This document shows positions 27,089-36,540 of a stretch of DNA of 64,000 bases, in pieces. The DNA is from Armatimonadota bacterium (GTDB lineage: Bacteria > Armatimonadota > SYMT01), in the NCBI GenBank assembly GCA_046292385.1, contig JBKBRF010000001.1, forward strand, positions 255,305-319,304, given 5' to 3'. The translations under genes and the position numbers were made by a program. Positions within the stretch are counted from its first letter, which is position 1. Every line of letters begins with the position of its first letter. The notes beneath the pieces are model-generated. The model made no database searches. It was not told where the DNA came from and saw only the letters and a list, made by a program, of their open reading frames with translations.

Positions 27089-29683
27089 ATGCCCCGCCAT
27101 CCCCGCTTGCACCGTCTCGCCGCGCCTGCCGCGCTGTTCAGCGCCTTACTGGCCACCGGAGCCGGCGCCGCGAGCCTCCCCGACTTCGACATCCAGAGCG
27201 GCTCTCGCGGCACCACGCTGCCGCCGCCGCCCGGCGCGCTCTCTACTTCGGGTAAAGAGGTGCCGGCGGGCACGGTGATCAAGCTCGACGCGCTGACCGG
27301 CACCGCCAGCCGCGTCTCCCATCCCCGCTCTACGCTGACCCGCCCCAGCTCCCTGCCGGCGGAGCAGGTGGCGCGCGGCTTCCTCCGCAGCGCCTCCGGG
27401 CTCTTCCGCCTGCGCGAGTCGGACCTGGCGGCCGTGACGCGGGTCCACCAGCACTCCACCGAGGGTCCGGGCGTCTCCCACGTCACCTTCGGCCAGCAGT
27501 TCCAGGGCATTCCGGTCTTCAAGGCGGAAAAGCTGGTCCACGTCGACCGGCGCGGCCGCGTGCTCTCCGCCTCCGGCGCGCTGGTGCCGGAGCTGCGCGC
27601 CACGATCTCCGCGGTCGCGCCGCGCTTGAGCGCCGCGGAGGCGGTCCGGAGGGCGCTGCACCATGCCAGCATTCCGGCTGCGGCTCCCGGCCGGCAGGTG
27701 GCCGGTCCCATCGGAAAGCGGCGGGAGACTCGCTTCGTAAACGACCGGCTGCTCACCCGGCCGGCGGAGGTGGAGCTCTCCTACCTTCCGGTGGCGCCGG
27801 GCCGCACCGCGCTGGCGTGGGACACCACCCTCTGGCTCAAGAATTCGACGGCGGTCTACCACGTGCTGGTCGACGCGACCACCGGCGACCTGCTCTTCCG
27901 AAAGAACTACACGCAGCACGCCGCGAGCGGGTTGATCTACGACCACGAGGCGCCGCAGGACGGGGCGCCCTATCTGGGTACTACCCCGCCGGTGCTCCCA
28001 CGGGTGACCGCGCCGTTCAACGGCAGCGATCACTTCCAGGCGTCAGACCCGCACTTCGACTGGTGGGCGGGAGAGTCGCAAACCAGCTCCCTGAGCAACA
28101 ACGTCCGCGCGGTGGAGGACAGGGACAACGACGGGCGGCTGGGCGGTCTCTTCGACGTGCAGCAAAGCAACTTCGCCTTCGAGCTCGACCTGAGCAAAGA
28201 CCCCGCCCAGTACCTCGCCGCCTCGGTCACCAACCTCTTCTACTGGAACAACTACCTGCACGACGTGTGGTACACGTTTGGCTTCAACGAGGCCGCGCGG
28301 AATTTCCAGCATAAGAACTTCGGGCTCGGCGGCATTCCGTCAGACTCGATCCTCGCGGTGGCACAGCTCGGCGCGGATGTGAGTGACCCGAAGTTCCGCA
28401 ACAACGCCAGCATGTCGGTGCCGCCGGACGGCCAGGCCGGGCAGATGCTGATGTACGTGTGGGACGAGGCGGGGAGCCCGCTGCGAGACGGGTCGCTCTC
28501 CGCGGACATCATCGCCCACGAGTACTTCCACGGGGTGAGCCTGCGGCTGGTCGGCAACGCCAACGGGCTGAACGGCTTCCAGGGCGGCGCGATCGGCGAG
28601 GGGCTGTCCGACTTCGCCGCGCTGATGGTCCACGCGCGCCAGATCGACGATCCGCTGGGCACCTACCCGATCGGCGGCTACGTGCTGAACGACTTCCGGT
28701 TCGGCATCCGCAAGGAGCCGTACAGCGTCAACCCGAACGTCTTCACCCGCACCTACCGGCGGATCGGCGACCTGCGGAACGGGCAGTTGAGGGTCCACGA
28801 CGGCGGAGAGATCCTCTGCAACGCGCTCTGGCAGACCTATGCGCGGCTCTACGAGCGGCTCGGCTTCACGCAGGCGAAGCGGCGGTCGATGCAGCTCCTG
28901 ATCGACGCGCTGAAGCTCTCTCCCGCCGACCCGACCTTCCTCGACTTCCGCGACGCGCTGCTCCTGGCGGACCAGAACCGCTACGGCGGCGATTCCCGCA
29001 CAGAGATCTGGCGCGCCTTCGCCTCCCGCGGCATGGGCTTCTCCGCCACTACGACCGGTCCGGACGACACCGCCCCGCAGGAAGCGTTCAACACGCCGGA
29101 CCCGATTCCCGGAGACACGAACGGGGACGGCTTCGTGAACGTGGTCGACCTGCAGACGCTGGTGAACGTGGTACGCGGCGTCACGCCGAAGAACGTGGAG
29201 ATCCAGGACGTCAACGGCGACTCGGACGTCACCGACGCGGATTACGACGCGTTCCTGGAGCTCTACCTGGCGATGGAGGACGACTTCCTCTTCGGCGGCG
29301 ACGCCGAGATCCTGGCGAAGAAGAAAAAGAAGGTGCCGTTCTTCGGCTTCCATCCCGGCAAGCTGCAGATCTCGGCGCTCGCCTTCGACCTGATCCCGGG
29401 GAAGAACGACATCGTGGTGGAGCTGAAGCTCGCCCGGAACGACCTCCGCCTCGCCGCCAAGACGCTCGGCAACCGCCGCGGTCGCGTGGTGCTCTTCAGC
29501 ACCACCGGCCAGCCGATCCCGAAGGCCGCGAAGCTGCTCCTCTTCAAGGCGAAGGGCCTGAAGTCGGTAATCCCGCTCGATCCCAGCACCGACAACCGGG
29601 GCTCCGAAGGCGCCTCGCCGGCTGCCACCCTGCACGAGATCCCGTACGTAAAGGGCGGAAAGCGCGGCCCCGGCCTGGGGTAA
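27089..29683 (+). CDS. Secreted M36 (fungalysin) family metallopeptidase with dockerin-type domain
   Basis: Signal peptide; FTP/PepSY-like propeptide; TNLFYWNNYLHD..Y.FGFNEAARNFQ, AHEYFHG and GEGLSD motifs; dockerin-like GDTNGDGFVNVVD...DVNGDSDVTDAD. Confidence 0.9.
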   Translation: MPRHPRLHRLAAPAALFSALLATGAGAASLPDFDIQSGSRGTTLPPPPGALSTSGKEVPAGTVIKLDALTGTASRVSHPRSTLTRPSSLPAEQVARGFLRSASGLFRLRESDLAAVTRVHQHSTEGPGVSHVTFGQQFQGIPVFKAEKLVHVDRRGRVLSASGALVPELRATISAVAPRLSAAEAVRRALHHASIPAAAPGRQVAGPIGKRRETRFVNDRLLTRPAEVELSYLPVAPGRTALAWDTTLWLKNSTAVYHVLVDATTGDLLFRKNYTQHAASGLIYDHEAPQDGAPYLGTTPPVLPRVTAPFNGSDHFQASDPHFDWWAGESQTSSLSNNVRAVEDRDNDGRLGGLFDVQQSNFAFELDLSKDPAQYLAASVTNLFYWNNYLHDVWYTFGFNEAARNFQHKNFGLGGIPSDSILAVAQLGADVSDPKFRNNASMSVPPDGQAGQMLMYVWDEAGSPLRDGSLSADIIAHEYFHGVSLRLVGNANGLNGFQGGAIGEGLSDFAALMVHARQIDDPLGTYPIGGYVLNDFRFGIRKEPYSVNPNVFTRTYRRIGDLRNGQLRVHDGGEILCNALWQTYARLYERLGFTQAKRRSMQLLIDALKLSPADPTFLDFRDALLLADQNRYGGDSRTEIWRAFASRGMGFSATTTGPDDTAPQEAFNTPDPIPGDTNGDGFVNVVDLQTLVNVVRGVTPKNVEIQDVNGDSDVTDADYDAFLELYLAMEDDFLFGGDAEILAKKKKKVPFFGFHPGKLQISALAFDLIPGKNDIVVELKLARNDLRLAAKTLGNRRGRVVLFSTTGQPIPKAAKLLLFKAKGLKSVIPLDPSTDNRGSEGASPAATLHEIPYVKGGKRGPGLG

Positions 29684-29709
29684 GCGTTTACCTCTCTGCC
29701 CCTAAAGCG

Positions 29710-29756
29710 GAAGAGCGCGGCACGGTCTCACAGCCGGCCGCGCTCTTCGTGTTTCT
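29710..29756 (+). terminator. Rho-independent terminator
   Basis: GAAGAGCGCGGC / GCCGCGCTCTTC 12-bp stem followed by GTGTTTCT. Confidence 0.6.
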
Positions 29757-29907
29757 GTCGGGCTAGGCGCGGGTTCGCAGCGGGACGATGCCCGTTGACG
29801 AGCCCCGCACTCGCCCCCTCGGAGGATCAGCTCTCAACGTCTGCTGCCGGCGCCGCTTCTCGCGCCTTGAGACAGGTCGCGGCAGTTGAGTCTCGAGCCG
29901 GGGGCAT

Positions 29908-30300
29908 TCAGGTGTCGATGTCGCCCCAAGCCGTCCTCATCGTTTCTCTCGCCATCGCTTCTGTGGGGTACAACTCGGCCCACGCGATCAAGGCAAAGTC
30001 GTGAGCCTGGAGGACGGACCCGGGCTCGGGCTTCCCGAATACCTCGCAGACGTAGACCGCGATGGGCCATTCGGTGACTGGGAATAGTCCTGACCCCTTG
30101 TGTCTCGTCGCGATCATCACCCGATCCAGCTCGCGGCCGGCGCCGGGACCGTCCTCGATCTGGATGGGGGGCGTCACCGCGATCAACAGATAGTCACTCC
30201 GGTGCGTTCCCGCGAGCCGCCACAGGCGAGTGCACTGCCGCGGTTCTGAAAGGGTGAGAATCTCTGTCGAGGCCAGGAAGAAATCCGGGTGAGCTTGCAT
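29908..30300 (-). CDS. Hypothetical protein (130 aa)
   Basis: ATG start with upstream AAGGGG; globular, protein-like composition; no recognised family. Confidence 0.55.
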   Translation of the reverse strand: MQAHPDFFLASTEILTLSEPRQCTRLWRLAGTHRSDYLLIAVTPPIQIEDGPGAGRELDRVMIATRHKGSGLFPVTEWPIAVYVCEVFGKPEPGSVLQAHDFALIAWAELYPTEAMARETMRTAWGDIDT

Positions 30301-30431
30301 CTAAACCCCTTTCCAGAGCGGCGGATCGAGCCGTTGGGGATCACGCCGGCGGCCGTCCTCCTGTAAGCTCCGTACTTGGAGCTACGGGGTTCGGAAGTAA
30401 GTACTTCCAGGCTCTCGGTTCGACTGGGCTC

Positions 30432-30481
30432 AGCCCGCGCAGGCGGGCTTCGCTCTCTGTAGCCTCGACTTTAGTCCGAGG
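30432..30481. repeat. GTAG-type REP-like bipartite palindrome
   Basis: AGCCCGC-GCAG-GCGGGCT, then a spacer, then GTAG plus the imperfect palindrome CCTCG-ACTTTAGT-CCGAGG. Confidence 0.55.
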
Positions 30482-30776
30482 CGCGAATCCGGCCCAACTT
30501 CCCGTTCGCCACGTAGACCCTCTGGACCCCATTTGTAGGCATCTTCGTACACATACCCTACACAGCGGTTGGCTGGCAGCTCTGGATTACATAGCGGTCC
30601 CACCTGATTCCATCAGGCGATCACAGGCGCCGCGTGAGACTTCCGTTCACCAAGGCCGGACGCGCTCTTCTCGTTTCCGGAGATCGGTCGAACCAGACTC
30701 GCCCTCGCGCCGGTATAAACTACCGGGGTCACTTCCGGCCCTTCGCGGCGCCCGTACCGGTGGTGCCGCAACCTGA

Positions 30777-32069
30777 GTGGGGAAGCACTGGGTGCGATCG
30801 GATCTCTCCTGGACCACGCCTAAATCGAGGATGCGCTCGGGCACGGCCCGGCTCGGACCGGCGCTCACGCTCAACATCGGGGCGGCGCTTACCAGCCTGC
30901 TCGGCAACGCCTTTCGAGCGGCGCTGACGGTGCTCGGGGTCGTGATCGGTGTCGCCTCCGTAATCGTGCTCGTCGCCTTTGGCGAGGGCGCGCAGCGGGA
31001 GATCACCTCCCAGATCGACACCCTCGGCGCTTCCGTCTCCATCCTGGTCCCGGGGAAGATGCAGGGCCAGGCCAACTTCAACCCGATGGGCGGAATGGGC
31101 CTGAGCAACATCACCTGGGACGACGTGGAGGCCGTGCGGAGCGTGCCGGGCATCCGGGCCGCGGCGCCGGTCACCTTCATCGGGGGCGGGGTCTACCGCG
31201 GCGAGAAGGCGGCGGAGATCTGCATGCCGATCGCCACCACCCCGGAGTTCCAGAGCATCCGCCGCCTCACGCTGCAGGACGGGCGGTTCTTCACCGGCGC
31301 GGAGCTGGAGCGGAAGGTCTGCATCCTGGGGAAGGGGATCAAGCAGGACCTTTTTGGCGAGGAGCCGGCGGTGGGGAAGGAGATCTCGATCAACGACACC
31401 GCCTACCGCGTGATCGGGGTCGCCGCGGAGCGCAGCATCGGGAGCGGGATGTTCGGCGGCGACGAGCTCGACGCGCTGATCTACCTGCCGTTCTCCGCCG
31501 TGGAGAAGCAGTACGGGATGTCGCTCATCCACCGCGTCTTCGTCGACGTGATGCCGGACCGGGAGCCGGAAGCGGTGCTGGAGCAGGTGCGGCAGACGGT
31601 GCTGCAGCAGCACGGGGGCCGGGACGACTTCTCCCTCCTCGGCGCCAAAGAGCTGCTCTCGATGTTCTACCGGATCTTCACCCTGCTGGCGTCGCTGCTG
31701 GTCGGCATCACCAGCATTTCGCTCATCGTCGGCGGGATCGGGATCATGAACGTGATGCTCGTCTCGGTGACGGAGCGGACGCGGGAGATCGGCATCCGGA
31801 AGACGGTCGGCGCCCGCCGCCGCGACATCTTCTTCCAGTTCCTCACGGAGGCGGTGGTGCTCTCCGCCGTCGGCGGCGCGCTGGGGATCGGGCTGGCGGT
31901 GCTGGTCTGCCGCCTGGTGGTGATCTGGATGCCGCTGCAGCCGGTCATCACCGGCAGCTCCGTCGCGCTCGGATTCGGGGTCTGCGTCGTCGTCGGCATC
32001 CTCTCCGGCGTGATCCCCGCCGTCGCCGCCGCCCGCAAAGACCCGATCGCGGCGATCCGCCACGAGTAG
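30777..32069 (+). CDS. ABC transporter permease, MacB/FtsX family
   Basis: LTVLGVVIGVASVI, GGIGIMNVMLVSVTERTREIGIRKTVGA, QFLTEAV and DPIAAIRHE motifs. Start is uncertain (30777 GTG or 30831 ATG). Confidence 0.92.
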   Translation: MGKHWVRSDLSWTTPKSRMRSGTARLGPALTLNIGAALTSLLGNAFRAALTVLGVVIGVASVIVLVAFGEGAQREITSQIDTLGASVSILVPGKMQGQANFNPMGGMGLSNITWDDVEAVRSVPGIRAAAPVTFIGGGVYRGEKAAEICMPIATTPEFQSIRRLTLQDGRFFTGAELERKVCILGKGIKQDLFGEEPAVGKEISINDTAYRVIGVAAERSIGSGMFGGDELDALIYLPFSAVEKQYGMSLIHRVFVDVMPDREPEAVLEQVRQTVLQQHGGRDDFSLLGAKELLSMFYRIFTLLASLLVGITSISLIVGGIGIMNVMLVSVTERTREIGIRKTVGARRRDIFFQFLTEAVVLSAVGGALGIGLAVLVCRLVVIWMPLQPVITGSSVALGFGVCVVVGILSGVIPAVAAARKDPIAAIRHE

Positions 32070-32076
32070 CCCTCTC

Positions 32077-32169
32077 GGGACAGAGGGACAGAGGGACAGA
32101 GGGACAGAGGGACAGAGGGACAGAGGGACAGAGGGACAGAGGGACAGAGGGACAGAGGGACAGAGGGAC
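32077..32169. repeat. Perfect octanucleotide tandem repeat (GGGACAGA)x11 + GGGAC
   Basis: Counted directly; intergenic between convergent genes. Confidence 0.97.
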
Positions 32170-32229
32170 CGGCGGGCGAGAGCGAGCCGCACCGTACGCA
32201 AACAGCCGCCCGGGCGTACGACCTACACG

Positions 32230-33219
32230 CTACCCCCTAAACGCTACACCCTGCCGCTGCGCGGCCCAACAGCGGACGCGGTGCGTGGGGCTGAGCTCCA
32301 GCCATTCCGGCACCTTCAGGCACTCTTCGTTCGCGGCGGCGCAGCGGGGGCGGAAGGCGCAGCCTTCCGGGATGGAGAGCAGGTCCGGCGGCTGGCCGGC
32401 GACCATTGGCAGGTGCTCCTGCCGCTCCGCCTCCAGCCGGGGCACGCTGGCGAGCAGCCCCTGCGTGTACGGGTGCCGGGGCTCGTCGAAGATCTCGTAG
32501 ACGGTGCCGGTCTCCACCACCCGGCCGGCGTACATCACCATCACGCGGTCGGCCGTCTCCGCCACCACGCCGAGGTCATGGGTGATCAGCATGATCGAGG
32601 TCTGCCGCTCCCGCCGCAGCTCCAGCATCAGGTCGAGCACCTGGCGCTGGACGGTGACGTCGAGGGCGGTCGTCGGCTCGTCCGCGATCACCACCTCCGG
32701 GTTGCAGGCGAACGCCATCGCGATCATCACGCGCTGGCGCTGGCCGCCGCTCACCTGGTGCGGGTAGGAGTGGGCGCGGATCTCCGGATCCGGAAGTCCG
32801 ACCCGGTGCAGCATCTGCACCGCCCGCTCCCACGCCTCGCGCCGGGTGACCTGCTGGTGGAGCATGATCGCCTCCGCCACCTGGAAGCCGATCGTCATCA
32901 CCGGGTTCAGGGAGGAGAGCGGATCCTGGAACACCATCGCGATCTGCCCGCCCCGGATCGCCCGCATCTCCCGCTCCGGCGCCGCCAGCAGGTCGCGGCC
33001 GTGGAAGCGCACCTCACCGGAGATCGTCGCCGGCGGGGAGGGGACGAGGCGCATCACGGAGAGCGCGGTGACCGACTTCCCGCAGCCGGACTCGCCGACC
33101 ACCCCCAGCACCTCGCCCGGAGCGAGATCGAACGAGACGTCGTCGACCGCGCGGAGATCGCGGCTGCCGCGGCGGAAGTCGACGCGGAGGTTCCGGACAG
33201 AGAGGAGCGGTTCTGGCAT
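32230..33219 (-). CDS. Oligopeptide/dipeptide ABC transporter ATP-binding protein (OppD/DppD-like)
   Basis: [40 protein letters not shown] and HPYT motifs; C-terminal GCAFRPRC. Confidence 0.94.
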   Translation of the reverse strand: MPEPLLSVRNLRVDFRRGSRDLRAVDDVSFDLAPGEVLGVVGESGCGKSVTALSVMRLVPSPPATISGEVRFHGRDLLAAPEREMRAIRGGQIAMVFQDPLSSLNPVMTIGFQVAEAIMLHQQVTRREAWERAVQMLHRVGLPDPEIRAHSYPHQVSGGQRQRVMIAMAFACNPEVVIADEPTTALDVTVQRQVLDLMLELRRERQTSIMLITHDLGVVAETADRVMVMYAGRVVETGTVYEIFDEPRHPYTQGLLASVPRLEAERQEHLPMVAGQPPDLLSIPEGCAFRPRCAAANEECLKVPEWLELSPTHRVRCWAAQRQGVAFRG

Positions 33220-33293
33220 GGCGGCGCGGCGCGGCGGAGGAGCGACGGGCTATTTTATCCGCCCGGGCGCCCCGGCGTAGGATCCGGGTACCG

Positions 33294-33569
33294 TTAGCTC
33301 GCCAGCCGCAGGGCCGGGTTCGGCTCCCGGGAGGGCGCGGCGCAGTAGTCCCGCAGGTAGATGTCGAGCGCTCCCCGGCAGCTCTCCGCCAGTCCGGCGG
33401 CTCCCGGCACGCCTTCGGCAGCCAGCTCGTCCAGGCGGCGCTGGCAGGCCAGCAGCGTGGCATAGCCCTCCGCGCCCTCGCCGGCCGCCGCGCGCTCCAG
33501 CGCGTCCGAGATCGCCATCTGAAGCACGCCGAGCTCTCCCTGCAAGAGAGTCAACATCGATCTGCGCAT
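33294..33569 (-). CDS. Small hypothetical helical protein (91 aa)
   Basis: ATG with upstream purine-rich RBS; amphipathic helical pattern; no known family recognised. Confidence 0.55.
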   Translation of the reverse strand: MRRSMLTLLQGELGVLQMAISDALERAAAGEGAEGYATLLACQRRLDELAAEGVPGAAGLAESCRGALDIYLRDYCAAPSREPNPALRLAS

Positions 33570-33652
33570 GCCCCATCGTCCTCTTTACCGGTACTTCCCG
33601 CGGGGGGTTTACCTCGGACGCGTAGAAATCACACGCGGTGGGCGCACCCGCA

Positions 33653-33698
33653 GTCGTGTCGACGCCTGGCGCACGCGGGAGCCGGGCGTCGACACGAC
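33653..33698 (-). terminator. Stem-loop downstream of the HAF-repeat gene
   Basis: GTCGTGTCGACGCCTGGC / GCCGGGCGTCGACACGAC, 18-bp near-perfect inverted repeat. Confidence 0.5.
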
Positions 33699-33707
33699 GA
33701 GGTCGGG

Positions 33708-35753
33708 TCAGTCCAGCTTGAGGACGGAGACGTTGTTATCCTCGAGCTGCTCGTCCACCTGGTCCCCGGGATCGGCCACCGCAAGTAGATACCGGCCGAG
33801 CACCCGGGTCTTCTTGGACACCCGGGCCTTCATCTTCAGCGAGCGGATCTCCCCCGGCGCCAGCCCACGAACGCGGATCTCCTGCAGGAGCAGGTCGGCA
33901 TCGTCCGGCGTGGCGTCATCGGAGAGATACAAGCGCACCCGGGAATCGGAAGGTCCGGCAGCGGCGCCTACGTCGCCCACCTGAACCACTCCGCTGAGTC
34001 GCCGCCAGCGTCCACTTCGAGTCAGCTTCACCCGTTCCCAGGCAACCTGCAGATCCGGCCGTGGATCGAGCTCCGACGTAATCGGAACGACCACCCGGTT
34101 GTTTGCCGCGTTGTAGTCATCACCACTTCCCACGACCGCCTCAACCGGCTCTGTGCCGGTGTAAGTCGGTCGAAGTGTCACCCGAAGGACGGCGGAGGCC
34201 CCGGGCTCGAGCTCGGGGATGCTCCAGCGGACCACCTTCCGCACGCCGGTGGCGAACGACATGTTGAGGAACTCGACGGTCGTGCCTTGCTCGGAAGCGA
34301 CGGACACCACGGCGAACCGGCTGGCGCGGCCACTCACCACCGTGTCCACGTCGAGTGCCGGATTGGGGCCGTGGTTGGTGACCGTGGCCGTGAACGTGAT
34401 CGCCTCGGGCCCGGTCACCTGATCCCGATCCGGGGAGAAGTCGATCGAAAGGTCGGCGGGAGCGGGCACCTCCGGGGTAAGCATTGCCACCCGGCGTCCG
34501 TATCCGCGGATTGCGAAGACGACGATCTGCCCCTGGTTGTTGATGAGCGGCTCTTCCAGCTTCCAGTTTGCTCCCGCGGCTACGAGCTGGTCGAGCCGGT
34601 GCATCTGCCCGTTCTCCCAGAGAAAGCCTGGAGCATACCCGTCCGCGACCGTGTCCTCGGAGGTGCCGACTACCTGGCCCAGGTCGTTGAGGCCGGTCGG
34701 CCGGCTGTAGTCGCCGCCCAGCGTGCCGAGGTCGATCAGTTGTCCGTTGTCCCACAGGACCGCGCGAGTGACGCTCTGCCTCTCGCCGTCCGGCTCGCTG
34801 TATCCGGCGATCTGACCGCGCTCGTTGATGAAGGAGGCATAACTGCTGCCCCCCAGCGTGCCGAGGTCCGTCATCTCGCCCTCTTCCCACAGGAAGGCGT
34901 GACGAATCGGAGCGCCGAAGGAGGTGTACTCACCGGTGGAGTAGTATCCCACCACCTGTCCGCGGTCGTTGATCGCCGTAGCGCTGCTGGAGACCCCGAA
35001 TTCCCCGAGCATCTGCAGCCGCCCGTCTGCCCAGATGAACGCGCGGAACACCGGATGGCCGGCCGGGTCGGTTTCACCGGTCGAGGCGCTGCCGACAACC
35101 TGACCGTGATTGTTGATGTCTACGGCTTCGCTGTACGTGCCGCCCAGGTCGCCCAGGTCGCGGACTAGCCCGTCCTGCCAGAGGGCGGCGTGGAGACGAC
35201 CGGGACGTCCGCGCTTCTGGGGCAGCGTGGCCCAACCCACGACCTGCCCCTGGTCGTTCATGTCTTTGATGCTGACCAGGCTGCCTCCGAGACCCGGTAA
35301 GTCAACGCGGGTGGTGCCGTTCCAGAAGAAAGCAGTTCGGATCGCCATCCCCTGTCTGTCTTGTTTACCGGTGTGGTAGTAACCGGCTGCCTGTCCGTTC
35401 TTGTTTACCGCCTGCGTCTCACCGGACCGCGGTAGCGGAATGTTGAGATCGAGGGCCTGGCCGTCTTTCCATACCACCGGTGGTGAGTAGAAGGCCCCAT
35501 TCGGAGCCGGCGCTTCCGCGAACCCGCCGACGATGCCGTTGTCGCTCAGGTCCAGAGGGACCGCCTCCGGACCGCCGAGCGTGCCGAGGTCTCGCACCGT
35601 ATACCGTACATCGGACGGTTCCTCGGCCGTGGCAAACCGGGCGGGGACCGTGCCGATAGCGAGAAGTGCCACCAGAAGTGCAGCAAAGGGCACCCTGCGC
35701 CGGCGGCAGTAGGAGGGTGTCAGGGCTTCCGAGCTTGGATCAGGACTGAACAT
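33708..35753 (-). CDS. Secreted HAF-repeat protein with DUF11 and CARDB-like Ig domains
   Basis: Signal peptide; repeated DLGTLGG..S.A..IN..GQVVG...HAFLW; ADLSI...TFTATVTNHGPNPA (DUF11); C-terminal YLSDD...YLLAVADP..QVDE..EDNN. Confidence 0.88.
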   Translation of the reverse strand: MFSPDPSSEALTPSYCRRRRVPFAALLVALLAIGTVPARFATAEEPSDVRYTVRDLGTLGGPEAVPLDLSDNGIVGGFAEAPAPNGAFYSPPVVWKDGQALDLNIPLPRSGETQAVNKNGQAAGYYHTGKQDRQGMAIRTAFFWNGTTRVDLPGLGGSLVSIKDMNDQGQVVGWATLPQKRGRPGRLHAALWQDGLVRDLGDLGGTYSEAVDINNHGQVVGSASTGETDPAGHPVFRAFIWADGRLQMLGEFGVSSSATAINDRGQVVGYYSTGEYTSFGAPIRHAFLWEEGEMTDLGTLGGSSYASFINERGQIAGYSEPDGERQSVTRAVLWDNGQLIDLGTLGGDYSRPTGLNDLGQVVGTSEDTVADGYAPGFLWENGQMHRLDQLVAAGANWKLEEPLINNQGQIVVFAIRGYGRRVAMLTPEVPAPADLSIDFSPDRDQVTGPEAITFTATVTNHGPNPALDVDTVVSGRASRFAVVSVASEQGTTVEFLNMSFATGVRKVVRWSIPELEPGASAVLRVTLRPTYTGTEPVEAVVGSGDDYNAANNRVVVPITSELDPRPDLQVAWERVKLTRSGRWRRLSGVVQVGDVGAAAGPSDSRVRLYLSDDATPDDADLLLQEIRVRGLAPGEIRSLKMKARVSKKTRVLGRYLLAVADPGDQVDEQLEDNNVSVLKLD

Positions 35754-35936
35754 TAACCACTTCTTTCATTGCCAGGCAAGCATGCGACGATTGGCCGAAG
35801 TGGTACGAAACTCCTTTCCGACGCTGCCGAAACTTTCTGCCGGGTGCAGGCGCAGCCGCGGTGCCCGGGGTGGGCGGACCCACGCCCGGCACTCGGCACC
35901 TATCCGTCGCGGGAGCCGGGGTGCAACCGGCGGAGA

Positions 35937-36287
35937 TCAGCCGGCGATCTTCACCTGGCCGTGGTGGTCGCAGTGGTCGCCGTGCGGGTGGTGGAGGTGG
36001 CCGTCGACCAGGTAGTCGACGTGATCCCCGTGCGGCACCGCTTCGTGTCCGCAGCCGGGACCATGGCGGTGACCCGATTCATGGGCGCCGCAGTGGTGGT
36101 CCGGGGTGCAGTCCGCGGGGTTGCCGGCGTTCACCGCCAGCACGTGCTCGTCCACGTGGTCGCCGTGCAGGTGGTGCAGGTGCCCGTCGTGGAGGTAGTC
36201 GGTATGGCCTTCGTGCTGGAGGGCGGTGTGGCCGCAGCCGGGACCGTGCTCGTGGTCGTGGCCGCGGTGGGTTTCGCAGTGACCCAT
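35937..36287 (-). CDS. His/Cys-rich putative metal-binding protein (two internal repeats)
   Basis: 30 His and 6 Cys in 116 aa; duplicated HxHGPGCGH...DYLxDGHLHHxHGDH; GGAG RBS. Confidence 0.85.
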   Translation of the reverse strand: MGHCETHRGHDHEHGPGCGHTALQHEGHTDYLHDGHLHHLHGDHVDEHVLAVNAGNPADCTPDHHCGAHESGHRHGPGCGHEAVPHGDHVDYLVDGHLHHPHGDHCDHHGQVKIAG

Positions 36288-36540
36288 TCAACTTCTCCCT
36301 CGGCCCGTCGCTGGAGTGGGCTTCGTGGAGTCGTACCCGGCCGGCATGGCGAACGAAACGGTGTTGTCAGAGTGACTCCTCCGAGAAGTACCGCTCGGTT
36401 CCCGAGAGGCGTGTGCCGCGGGTGAAGCAGCGGCAGCGCGCAGCGTATTGGACGCCGCGGAGGAGACGGCGGCGCCGTTCCCCAACGTCATCTCACCGGC
36501 GCCAGCCACCGATCGATCTGCCGGGAAAGCGAGCGCTCCG

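Noticed and set aside
32077..32169. Tandem repeat as a CRISPR array or as coding (LCPSVPLS)n in ORF 30729..32201-
   Set aside because: The 8-bp units have no spacers and no cas genes are nearby. The ORF is antisense to the ABC permease.
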